64,000 nucleotides of DNA from Vitrella brassicaformis CCMP3155 (GCA_001179505.1 CDMY01000405.1:248001-312000), one strand, 5' to 3'; shown: positions 48,201-60,279, counted from the stretch's first letter. Notes: generated from the sequence alone by a model not told the origin. Numbers and translations are program-made.

Positions 48201-49074
48201 CCTGGGCGACCCTATCAAGATTCGTGTTGGAATACACAGCGGTAAGTGACTGATCGGGAAACATTGGCTGGAGTCGTCAAAGCAATGAGACCCCCTGCGT
48301 GGATTTTCAGGTCCTTGTGTGGCTGGCGTCATCGGCCATTCTAAATTCTCATACTACATCTGGGGTGGGCGACCGAAGCACTCAGTTTGTGTGGTCTGGG
48401 CCATGCATCATCCCTTATGCGTATGTCCCTTCTGTCTGCCTGCAGGCGATGCCGTCAATGTCGCCGCCCGCATGGAGGTAGGTACTGTACACTGCCAGGC
48501 CGTTCACGAACAGCGGGCGGTTTGTGTCTCGTACGTATGTGTGCAGTCTCATGGCGAGGCGGGTCGCGTGCACATTTCCGAGTCGACATATTCCGTTATC
48601 CAAGATGACTTCGACTGCCAGCCTCGCGGGGAGGTGTTTGTCAAGGGCAAAGGTACACGCTGCATAGCAGCACACACACACACACACTCATAAGCTAGGC
48701 CGCCCCGCCCTATGTTTGTATGGATACCTTCGTTCAGGTCAGATGTGCACCTACTGGGTGCTTGCGGAGAGAGACCACTCGAAAGCCAGACGACGCACAT
48801 CTACTGCCACACGCAGAACGGTGGGGCGGCACAGTCCAGGCAGGGAGGGATATATGTATGTGTTGACTCGTCTGTCTGTCTGTCTGTCTGTCTGCAGACG
48901 ACGAGCGGTGTGTATGAGCCAGCGAGCGGCACAGCCGTGTCTCTGGAAGACGTGTCGTGGGAGGAGGAGCTGGAAGAGGAAGAGGAGGGGGAAGGGGAGC
49001 AGGAGGAGCAAGAGGAGGCCGAACCCATCCCCGTACCCCCACTACCGCAGCTCGAGTCACACACATCCGTGTGA
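45290..49074 (+). CDS. Membrane-anchored class III nucleotide (adenylate-type) cyclase with a single catalytic domain
   Basis: LLANILPK, ILFSDIVGFT, EKIKTIGDAYM, RVGIHSGPCVAGVIG, WGDAVNVAARME and VKGKG, preceded by hydrophobic exons. TM-region exon boundaries are less certain. Confidence 0.92.
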
Positions 49075-49365
49075 TGGCCTGACTCTTGACACCGTTTTTC
49101 TTTCGTATCTCTAGCTATCTGTGGCACCCAGCCAGGCAATGGGACCGACAGAGCGGATTGAGTTTATGTGACGTGTCTATGTGACGTGAGTGTATCTGTG
49201 GATGGAATAGTATGCCCTGACCGAACAAGCCGTCTCAGTAAGATATACAAAGGGACACCATTTCACTCACTCAGTCACGGCCTAGTCGATCCATCAGTCT
49301 CTATGTCTCTACAGACGTGTACACAAACGCATTGCCTTAGACGATCGGTGGTCATGAATGGTCAT

Positions 49366-50438
49366 TCATGCGTCCAGGAAGGACACACGGTCGAACCCAG
49401 CTTCCATGTATTCACGCCGATGCGATTCCCACAGCCCTGCACACGACGTCGATCGGCACTGTAACGACCCATCGTACTGGTGAGATGATGGCCACAGCAG
49501 GCGATGTAGCGCGGCGGCGATGAGTGCCGCGAGTGTGTGTATGGCGGTGAATGCGAGCAGCCGGACGATGACAGGCAAGGGGGGCGAATGGGAATCATAC
49601 AGCTGCACCATCGACTGGCCAAAGGGGATAGTCGGGTTCAGATACACCTCACCGTGATGGCCTGCACACACATGGATGGGTACGAACACGCATAAATCGT
49701 GCGTGTCTCATATATGTTACTTGATGCCATCGCAGCGCCTGTGACAACCATCCCGGCCATCCAGCCCTCCTGCTGTCGGCCCTCACTGCCGCAGTCTTCC
49801 CTCGTCCGCAGCATCACCAGCACCAGGACTGATGTGAACAGCAGGTCGAGCATTAAGGCCCGCAGCGACAGAGGGAAGGGTGGCGCTGGCTGGGGCTGAT
49901 CGGCTGAGGGCGAAAAGGCCTTGTCACTGACGATAGCCCCACAGAGCGCCCCGAACATCTGTGCGCCGACATAGCCGCTCAGATCAGAGAAGGAGAAGGA
50001 TGTGGACGTGGTCGTGGGCGCAGACGAATGCTGTGGGTTTGTGAGGGAGAAGCCGAGAGACACGGCTGGATTGAAATGCCCACCTGACAAAACAAAGCCA
50101 GACAAACCACAGGAGCGATACATTCGTTGGTTGTCTGTGTGCATGTGTATTCTCCCAGCACCCGAGACACTCCCAAAGCAGTATATCAGACTCATCAGGA
50201 TCAGCCCGCCACTCACGCTGGCCACCACGGTGTTCGGCTGTTCCGCATTCAAGCCCACGGTCGTCAAGATGAGAAACACCCCCAGCCCCTCCGCCAGCAG
50301 CCTTTCTTGCAGCTGGGGCGGCCTCCGGATCCGCCTCTGCTGCAGGCCCTGGGGCTCTGGCGGGGCTGCTGGGAGATAATGCCCGGTGTCATGAGAGAGA
50401 GATGGCGTGGTTGAGATGAGATATGGGGATGTGGACAT
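49366..50438 (-). CDS. Divergent aquaporin / MIP family channel
   Basis: LAEGLGVF, SVSGGHFNPAVS, YVGAQMFGALCG; the second motif is YLNPTIPFG. Confidence 0.88.
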
Positions 50439-50642
50439 TGCAAGAGGGAGGCTCTGGCAAGGGTACGTCGAAGAGGGAAAAGGAATGCACCAGCAGCGTC
50501 AGTACTAAGTGTCCTCAGACTTGCGGTTGAGTAGGACGGGGACTGAGACGGATGAATTTTAATGACAGAGGCGTGTTTCGTCAGAAGAATTCTGTCGGAT
50601 AGCTTGGGTTTCGAACATCGACTCCAAGAAAGACTGCCAGTG

Positions 50643-50650
50643 AGCTCGCA
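50643..50650 (-). promoter_or_regulatory. TGCGAGCT element (AGCTCGCA on +), followed by an overlapping AGCTCGCG variant
   Basis: In the spacer between 50438(-) and 50665(+). Confidence 0.55.
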
Positions 50651-50664
50651 GCTCGCGCCGATCT

Positions 50665-51158
50665 ATGCGTTTAAAACTTGGTTTGGTCATTCTATCGGTA
50701 GTCCACATCTCACTAGCCCTCAGGCCGCACAACCGTCGCTTGCCGCTTCGATTTTCGTCGAGCTGCCCCTGCACGTCCCTGCAAGCAAGCTCCCAAGTGG
50801 CTGTTGACGAGATGGCGTCGTCGTCGGTGGTGCCGCTGAAGCCCGTCGAGACGATGGCTGAGCTGTGCGAGGGCGAGGACATGAAGCATGCCCCTGGCGA
50901 GAAGCTCAGCTGGGTCCACATGATACTCGCCCACCGATACCAGAGGTAGGGTAGGCAGGTGGGCATGGCAGGCAGACCACGCAATGCAAGGCACCAATGC
51001 ACTCACGTACACACATGAGTGGGGCGGCAAGGAGGGCACCGGTGTAGACTTGTGTTGTGTTGTGTAGTGTGTGGTGTGTGTCGTGTTGCGTGTTGCAGGC
51101 ACATGCTGCTCACACTGGTGCGAGGCGGGATGTGCGTGTGGTGGATGCCCCGGCCGGA

Positions 51159-51189
<31 letters not shown>

Positions 51190-52330
51190 TGGTTGTGTGT
51201 GCAGATGGATGAGTTGAAGAACATGCCCCCGGACGCCACGGCCGACTCGGATGCGGTCACCAAGATCCGCGGGATGTGGAAACTCTACCATGCCGACTTC
51301 AAGCACCACGCCCACGCCGAAGACACAGTGATCTGATCCACACGCAGGGAAAAGAGTACCTTCTGCATCCGTGTGTGTGTGTGTGCACAGATCATGTTCT
51401 CCGGTCTGAAGGAGCTGGCTGAGGGCGACGAGAAGACCAAGATGCAGGAAGTGCTCGACACCCTCGCCAAGGAACACGGGTACCTCCCTCCACAGCCATC
51501 GAGGCAGCACCAGCATGTGGATTGCTCTCCTGCGTATGTGTGTGTTTGCTGCTGCAGTGAGTTGGGCGTGTTGGAGAAGGCTTTGCAGGACGCCTTTGCG
51601 GCCGACTTCACCCCCGAGAACAAACGCACTGCCCTCCTCGACGACCTCCGCAAGTTCGCTGCAGGTGACTAAATGACCGGCACGGAGGATGTGCGTGTGC
51701 GATTGGGTGGATGGTGGTCATCCGATCCGTCCATCGGTCAGTGTACCACAACCACACGTATGACGAGGAGCATCTGCTGCTGCCGCTGGCTGAGGCCATC
51801 GAGAAGGGCGACAAGAAAGACGACGCCGTGGCACTGCAGAAGCGCGTGGGCAAGTACTTCTCATCGCAGGTGCGTCGTGGGTTGCCAGGGGATGGAAGGA
51901 AGGCAGAATGTGATGTGTGCTGCCGTGTGTGTGTTGTGCGCAGAAGGAGCTGGGCTATGGCCTGCAGGCCATGATGGAGCTGGCTCGCACGCACCCCAAG
52001 GTAACACTGCAGCCACACAAGTGGACGGATCTGCTGTGTGTGTGATGTGTGTGGTTCTTCAGGACCAGGCGATCTACGAGAGCTCCATGTCGTGGTTCCT
52101 CCGCGGCCCCATCACATTCATGGCACGTCCAACACAAAACGACACAGCACCCTGACACACCATAGCCTCCATCCACCGGTCTGTCTGTCTGCCTGTCTGT
52201 CTGTCTGTGCGTGCTGGTGTGGTCATTGATTCGTCAGACGGGTTTCTCGGGCACGAGTCACGAGTTTCACAAGCTCTTCCCTGCGCCCAAGGAGCCCATC
52301 GAGGCCGCATTCACGGCAGCACTGCAGTGA
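50665..52330 (+). CDS. Hemerythrin-like (HHE) domain protein with a bipartite signal plus transit-like presequence
   Basis: LAHRYQR...HHAHAEDTIMFS...EHG...HNHTYDEEHLLLP gives the H/HxxxE/H/HxxxE ligand pattern. The N-terminal signal peptide is followed by an R/S-rich, acid-free stretch. Confidence 0.8.
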
Positions 52331-53297
52331 CACAGCACCCACACACACGTGTGCCGTGCCGAATCACACAGAAGAGGAGGAGTGAAGGGGGAGGAGGCTG
52401 GTCGGTCGGTCGGTCGGATGGCAGTTTAGTGGCGAAATGCATGCATAGTGCATGATTTATACACACCTATGTATGTCTGTATGGATGGGTGTAGCTAGAT
52501 GGGGAGGGGAGTGAACGGGGGATTAAAGCCACGTGGGGTGGGCAAGAAGGAAGGCCTCGTGCTGCTTGTTTCAAGTGCCTGCCTGCCTGGCTGTCTGTCT
52601 GCCTGGGTTGTGACATGCATGGAGCGAGCGGCCCAGCCGTCCTTGATACGTACGTCTGTTGACGAGCTCATGGATATATGTAGGCATGTTTTGTCTTTTG
52701 GTGCTGCCGTAGGTGGGTAGGTGGGGGTCCCCTGTTGGACAGTGAACCAAACAGACAAGTAGGAGCGACACCTGCATAGATGGGTCGAGCCCCACCATCG
52801 CCCATGGATGGACGTGATGTATATGGGATGCTCACGCACACATGGCCAGTGGGTGGGTGGATGAGTGAGTGCATTCCATCGTCTGTGGTGGGCGTGTGTG
52901 ATGCGATGCGCTGGTTGTGCGGTGCGGTTGGTGCGTCGAACGCCTACACACACATCTCATTCAATCATGTTGACGGACATGGATGTGCAGTCCGTGAATG
53001 CGATGCCGTCCGTCACTCACCGCATCAGTGCAGTGCATGCGCAGGAACACAGGAACATGTTCACACACCGCCACGAGGCAGACGGACCTCCCTCCCTCCA
53101 TGCAAAACCGTTCATCCATCTCACTTTGGTTTCCTCTTCTCTCTTTCAAACTGTCCTTGTTTGTGTCCCCACGGCCTCCCCCCGCCGCGATGCGCCATCC
53201 ATAGGGCAAGCAAGCTAAAAAGCGATCATGTAAACGCAGCGGAGGGCTGGGAGGGGCGTAGTTTCCGCTCTTGTTTAAATTAGCATAGCATTGCCTT

Positions 53298-56200
53298 ATG
53301 GTTCGCAAGCGGCAGATTTGGCGAGAGGTGGACCGAAAAGAAGGTAGTGAACGGCCAAATGACGCATACGATCGAGGTGCATTCTGCCGCAACCATTGCT
53401 GCTGCTGCATTCCCTTTTCTGCAGGTACATGTAGTGGTGAATCGCCTGTTGACGGCATTATTGATGCCGCTGATGGCGGGGCTTCCGATAATGAGGCTGC
53501 GGCGGCGGTCTTCAAGGTGATCACATGCACCAGCACCAACGGATGCGTGTGCGCACGACACGTGCATCTTTGCTTCTTGTGGCTGCTGCTGAATGACAGG
53601 CCATTCGGATGCAGGGGTGGTCCGCCATTCCGATGGTCAGAACGCATCAAATGAAGAGATGGCTCAATTGAAGGTGTCAGTCAGATGTCATCCGTCACGG
53701 TGTGTGTGTGCAGCCTCGAGAGCTCCACGTCGGCGTGTATGCTTCCATTAATCCCATATGGTGTCTGAAGCCGCCCCTGCCCTCCCCACTTACCGGCATC
53801 ATCCTGCCTCGACACACCGAGCTCGTCATCGACTGCAGCCAAACACGGCAGCGGTCATTCTGGACGGCCATGACGGTGCAGACGGCATACGAGCTCGGCC
53901 AACAGATGGTCAACCTCAAGTGCCTCATCCACCGCTATCCTCACGGCGCACAAGGGGTCCCTGCTGGCCACAATCCTTTTGCACCAGGATGGTGCCTTGG
54001 GATCGTTATCGCACTCGTCGAGGGGCATGTGTTGGGACGGCGATTGGCGCGGGACAAGGAGAGCCTGACCGAGGGCTCACTCAAGTCACTGACCTTCGAG
54101 GCGGTGATGCTGCCGAACATCGGATTCCAGCAGATCAACCAGCTGGCCAGCACCAACTCCGACCCTCCTGCTGCCGCCCCTTCCCAATCCATCAGCCTCC
54201 CGGCGCTCACAGAGGTCAGCGGCGTCACCCACGGCCATCTCAAGACCGATGAGCGGGGATGGACAACCCCGGCCCTCGAGCGGGTTGTGTGTGCACCAGG
54301 AACCGTGGTCCCCGGCATCGCGGACATCAGACCCTTAATCGCCACATCGAGGTCCCTGGCTGACCTGCAGGTGGCCCAACAGACGCCCCCACAGCTGGTG
54401 GAGCTGTTTGGGTCCATCCCAGTGGGGCAGCATCAGGCTCTCGCGAACTTGCGGACGATAGGCCACATCAGGCTCTACGGCATCGAATCAGCTGATCTCA
54501 CAGACGGCCTCCGAGACCTGCAGGTGCCACAGAATGGAAGGCCACAGACAGCGGGGGGCAGAGGCCCTTGGAATGTGGATTGTGTTCTCGCTTGTGTTGT
54601 GAAACCTGTGATTTCAGAGGTGTTTGGTGGACCGCGCTTGCTCGAAGTCCCTGGATCTCCTGTGTGTGATGGTGCATCGAAGCGACTGCCATTCGCTCCT
54701 CCTCAATGACTTCTCGACATTCAAGGCCCTCGCCTCGCTAATCGACACGACGTGCTCGCCATCGGGCAAGGTCATCAGCCTCATTCACCCCCCCGCCGAT
54801 GGCATTCATGACGTCCCCCTCACCCACCTGCTGTCATACACACGGTGGGACTTCGGCAAGCTGCCAGCCTGCGGCCTGCCCCTCCTCAGTGCGCTGCTGG
54901 ACACGTACAATCTGCAACTTGACGTCTTGGACAACAACCTTCTGTGCTTCGAGGTCCAGGGCATGAGGCCCATCCGATACCGCTATGTGTGGACGGTCAC
55001 GCAGGACCAGGTGGCCCGCCCCCGGGTGAGACATAAATACACACACCGCCACTCAACACATGAGACATAAATACACACACCGCCACTCAACACATGGATG
55101 GAGGGATGGATGGGTGGGTATGAACAGAACGGCCGGATCGCGGAGAGCCTGGTCGGTGAGCTGCGCTTCTCATGGTGGGTGCCGCCTGGGGGCTGCAGCA
55201 TTGCCATCGAGTGTGCGGACGGCTGGAGCCCCTCAGCCGACACCGATCCACCTGAGCCTCTCGAGCTCGAGGCATTCAGTCCCATTGGACTGGAGCCGGT
55301 GAGAGGTCTGATCGTGAAGGGTCGCATCGGGCTGGGGGTGGCCAGGGTGCTGCTGCGCAAGGTTCGGCCGAACCTTGAGAAGCTGCAGCTGGCGGACATG
55401 ACCACAACAGACGTGCTGGACATCCTCGCATGGAGAGTGCCCAAGGAGCTGGCGCTCGACTCACTGCAGACCGAGGAGGCTGGGCAGCCGCCTGTGGTTC
55501 CCTTTGACGAGCGATTCCGGACGATCAGGACACTAACGGCCAAAGGAGACGTCGCCCTGCAGTTTGCAGCCGCCCTCAGACAGCACATCCCATCGCTGGA
55601 CATGCTCGCCGTGGCCGGCAGCGAGACAGAGGCGCGGCAGGTGCTCGTGAACGGCGGCCGTGCCCCGATCACGCGGCTGTCGCTGGGCTTCGTGTCTGAG
55701 GGTCGCTGTGAGTCGATCAAGGCTGACGACGAGAGGGAGGGCATCACCCTGGGGGATCATAAGGACCAGCTGCCACGGATCAGCAGCCTAGTCATGCACC
55801 TAGACGGTAAGTGGCGAAACCAAAGAAAAGGTCATTCTGGATGTCTCTGTCGGTCCGTGTCTCCCTTACCTCAGTGCCGCGTGGCGATGTTACCGACCCT
55901 GGCACCTTCATTTTGTCGAGCATCTGGTCGGTCCTGGAGATTGAGTCGATCTCACAGCTGACTGTGGTCCTGCTCCAGCGCCACCATCTGGATGCCCTGC
56001 AGGCAGCAATGCAGCGACGCTTTCCAGACGGCGACGCGATGGAGGGGCAGATCCGTTTTGTGCAGGGGCAGATCCATGTGGTCCTGATGGATAATCATGT
56101 CGCGGCGGTAAGCCACCTTGGGCACACAAGTCGGGCCAGGTGTGCATGTGCGCAAGGTCCTGTCCTTGCAATGCGTCTGTGTTATCTCAGTTGCGCAAGG

Positions 56201-57211
56201 CGGCCTTTGCCCACTCGTCGACCGCCGACTTGCTTGAGGAGGCCATGATGCGAACAGAAGACCCGCAGCACAGGCTCGCGATGATCACCGATCTGGCGGC
56301 CACTGTGGACCGGCTGTCGCTCTACCTCCCCTCCCTCCCCCTCGATGTCTCAGCCACGGCGCTTGCCGCCGACTGGGCCGGCCGTGTCCGCGCTGCCATG
56401 CCCATGAGTGTAGCCGACCCCCCATCTGCGCCTCGACGCCTCAAGGCACCAATCGTGGCAGCGATACAGCGACGCGGCATGGCGATGGAGCCCATGATGC
56501 GGCTGCAAGGCGGCTCGCCGTGCATCCCCAGCCCCTCTGTGATCGCGTCTGCCAGCCAGCTGATGGCCATACTGCACAAGACCGGCGAACAAATCACAGG
56601 CATCGAACCGCTCTACAAGTAAGGGAGAACCCGCCATGTGGATGTGCTGCGTGCGTGTCATCCAACCTTCTGTTGCCTCTCTCGGCTTTGTTTGCAGGGC
56701 GACTGCGGACGGGCATGCGTTCACCGACATGCTCGGCCGTGTCGGCGACGCGACGTGCCTCCTCTTGCTCGCCCGCGCCAACGGACATGCGCATGGCTGC
56801 TACTTCGCCGCCGGCCTGCAGGCGCCTCCCCAAGACTCGCACTTGCCCGCCGCACACAGGGTCGCCACACACTCCTTTGCCAACGCCCTCGTCTTCAAGG
56901 CATCAGGCGCCTCTCCGCCCACCTTCCAGTCACCCTCCCCCACCCTGCAGTTCATCACTGTCTTGCGAGCGGAGAACGGCCACCACGGGCAGCTTCCCAA
57001 GGTGACAGTGGGCCGGTCTATCGGCCATGAGTGGCTGGGGCTGTGGGCGCCGCCGCCTGTGGGCTGGGTACAGGGGGGGGTGGATGGGCGGTGCTGCGTG
57101 CGGGAGGCGTGGGAGGTGCCAGTCCGCCTGCATCCCAGCCTGCCACCGGTGGGATACGCAGTACACGTGTCTGTGGTCGATGAGATAGAGGTCTTCCGGC
57201 TGGTGGGGTGA
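53298..57211 (+). CDS. Large lineage-specific family protein with LRR-like repeats and a C-terminal TLDc-like domain
   Basis: Long exons RELHVG...WTAMTVQTAYELG...WCLGIVIALVEGH; final exon LYKATADGHAFTDML...GCYF...VDEIEVF is TLDc-like. The first exons (53298-53673) are tentative. Confidence 0.75.
55027..55094 (+). repeat. Perfect 34-bp tandem duplication at an intron 5' end
   Basis: tgagacataaatacacacaccgccactcaacaca x2. Confidence 0.95.
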
Positions 57212-57555
57212 CACAGACAGGGGGGTGAGGTGAGGGGGACAGGGGAGTGCACTGGAGAATGGGGAGTGCATTGATAACCTCTTGTCAAGTGACTGACCGA
57301 CCGGTTTCCAGATGGGAAATACATACACGATTTCATTCATTTCAAGTCTAGCTATGTATGTATTAGAAGCGTCACGGCACGTAAATGCACTGTCACACCC
57401 TGACTGACGAGTGGACGGACGTGCGATGTGAGAACTGATGGCCGGATGCCCCATGACTGACACGACGCGCTGAGCCATTGATTGACTGAAGGAGGCAGCA
57501 TGAAAAATACGCACGCACGCAGCGCAAGAGGTCTGTCCACGCCATCCATGTATGT

Positions 57556-60122
57556 TCATTCGAGCGGGACGTTCCACAGGCGGACGGTCTGGTCCCTGTC
57601 CAAAGACGCATGGTAACAGTCACAGAAAGAGACGCAACCCTGCTCATGGTTTTCGCATACCATGACGACGTGAGCAGGAGGGCCTTGCCGTCAGACACCG
57701 TCTCCAGGCTGCAATCTGGACACACACACGCACACACACACACACAGGCACACACAAGACAGTCAAGTGTTTGCGTGTCTCTCGCTCTCTCTCCCTCCCT
57801 CCCTCCCTCCCTCTGTGTGTGTGTGTGCCTACCCGACACGAGGTCTTTGTGTCCGGCGAACATCATGTCGGCGCCGATCTTCTGCACGTCTGTCAGAGAC
57901 GACAGGTGGCTCTCCAACTCACTCTGACGCTTCTGCAACCACACCCAGAGGTGACAGAAAAGGAAGAAGGTGTCCGTCTTGCCTTGCTGTCGGCGCATGT
58001 GTGGTGGGTGTGGGTGTGGGTGTATCGTGGGTGAGTGGGTGACCTGCAGGTCTTCCAGGTCGGCCCTGAGTTTCTTTAGGTGTTCGATGTCAACCTGATG
58101 CACCGCACCCACATCAAGCAGAGACGAGAAGGACGAGGGCGTGGGTGTGTGTGTGTGTGTGTGTGGTGGCGGACCTCCTGCCCCTGTGCGTATTTCCTCT
58201 CCTCCTTAGCCAGCAGCTTCTGGGCAAGACCGACCTGACACACACACACACACACACAGAGACACACACACACAGTGACTCTGGCTGCACCTTCGCGAGT
58301 GTGTGTGTGTGTGTACTCTGTCTTCGATGGAGTGTTTGCGTTTGAAGAGCACCCGCTTCTCGTCCACCTTCCACAGACGGGCGGACCCATCTACACACAC
58401 ACACACACACACACACGCGCATGCACACACACACTCTCACACCTTTCCGTCAACGTGCATTGGTACCATCAATTAACGGTGACCTGACCTGCACAGGTGG
58501 ATACGAATCGCGTGTAGTCCTGGGAGACTGTCAGAGACCTCACGGGGCTGGAGTGGCCTGACGAAGCAACCCAGCCACATGGCATCGCATGAATCACCGG
58601 TGAGGTACAGGCAGGCAGAGCAGTGTGGGTGTCTCCGGCACACACCGACATAGACGAGGCTGGGTCTGTTGCCCTCGGGGCCCAACATGCGCAGGTCAAA
58701 CTTGCGGATCAGGTAGTCCTGCGGGCCGACAGAGACAGAGACAAAGACATAGACAATCCTGCCACCCCGCATTGCGTTGCAGTGTGTCGCACCCCTCCGG
58801 CGCTGATGATGGTGGTGGGATTGATCATCAGGAGGGCGTACACATACTTGCCCCCATGAGCCTCCTTGATGCGAAACGCACCGGAACTGCACGGCACGCA
58901 ACATAGCCAGCCAACCAGCAAAGGCATGTGTGTGGGTGAGTGAGCCTTGGCGAGAGCGATGCACGGATGCGCACCCTCTGTCAGCCCCAAGGTCCATGAC
59001 CATGATGGACCCGTCCCGTGAGGCCGTGGCGATGAGGTTGGTTGAGGGCGACGGCCCGCTGCCCTTGGAGGGAGCAGCGGTGCCGTCCTCACGCACGTCA
59101 CCCATGCAGAAACGACAACACTCAACTGATGGGTGGACGGATGAATGAATGGCGACACACAGAGAGGGACTGTGTATCTGTGTCGCCTCCTGTTCCGGTG
59201 TGTGCGATTGTGTGGTTGCACTGACCGACGTCCGAGTGTGGCTGCAGCGCTACCACGGGCTTGCTCACGTTCACGTCATGCACACGCACACTCCCGTCTG
59301 CAAACAACACAACAGGCAGACGACCAGCCATGTCGCCCACCCCCTTCGCTACCGGACTGTCTACCTTTGCCGCCGGTGATGGTGTGTGTGTTGGTGGGGG
59401 CAAAGGCACCGTGGTACACCGCACTCGGGTGGCCGTCAAGATGGCGCAGCAATGTGGCTGGAGATAAGATGCCATGGAGAGATGCACCAAACATACAGCC
59501 CAGCCTGCCGTCTCCCTCTTCGTCTTGGTGTGTCACCTTTGTGTGCGTCCCAGACGGCTGCGTTTTTGCTTTTGCCGGCTGAGCATGTGAGGAAGAGTTT
59601 GCGATCATTGGACACATCCACGTTGTAGATGCCCTCAGTGGACCCCTTGAGGGTCTTGACGCACTCCCCGCTCGTGCTGTCCCACACCCTGCAGGCAGGC
59701 AGACAGGCAGACAGCCCCACGGGGCAAGAGGGCAGGCACAGCACACATGGAGACGGCATGTCTGTGGGCAGGCATGTATGCCCACTTGAGTGAGTGGTCG
59801 TGGGAGCCCGTGATGAAGCTCGTCTGGTCCAGCCATCGCACCGAATCAACGGCGTCCTCATGACCCCGATACACCTGCACACAACCGCAACAGCACTCCC
59901 AAGGGCCTTTGTGTTGACACCAACGAAGCCGCCTCCCCCCCGCCCGCCAGCTGAAGTGCCACTCCTTCCCTGGCTGACCTTTGTCGCCTCGACGATGGGA
60001 GCGGCCAGTGCATGGCCGGCGGAGCGGTCCTCGGTGAGCTCCATGTAGTCGATGGACGTCTGCTTGTTCCATGATATCGGCTGCTTCTCAACCACACGCT
60101 CAACGCCCTCCTCCGACGCCAT
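57556..60122 (-). CDS. WD40-repeat protein (7 repeats) with an internal coiled-coil insertion
   Basis: GHEDAV...SHDHSLKVWD, GHPSAV, ASRDGSI, GHSSPV...DGSARLWK, then a coiled coil, then GHKDLV...SSWDQTVRLWN. Confidence 0.88.
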
Positions 60123-60279
60123 CTCTTGCAGACTGGCTGGGGGCCAGCGCATGCACATGCGCGCCACCCAACCGCCGTCTCGTGGAAGGTTACGGACTCT
60201 CCTTCGGAGGCGGCCACACACATCTCTCCGCAAGCACGAAAGGTCAGGCAAGGTGGCTGCGCCTCATTCAACCGCCGCA

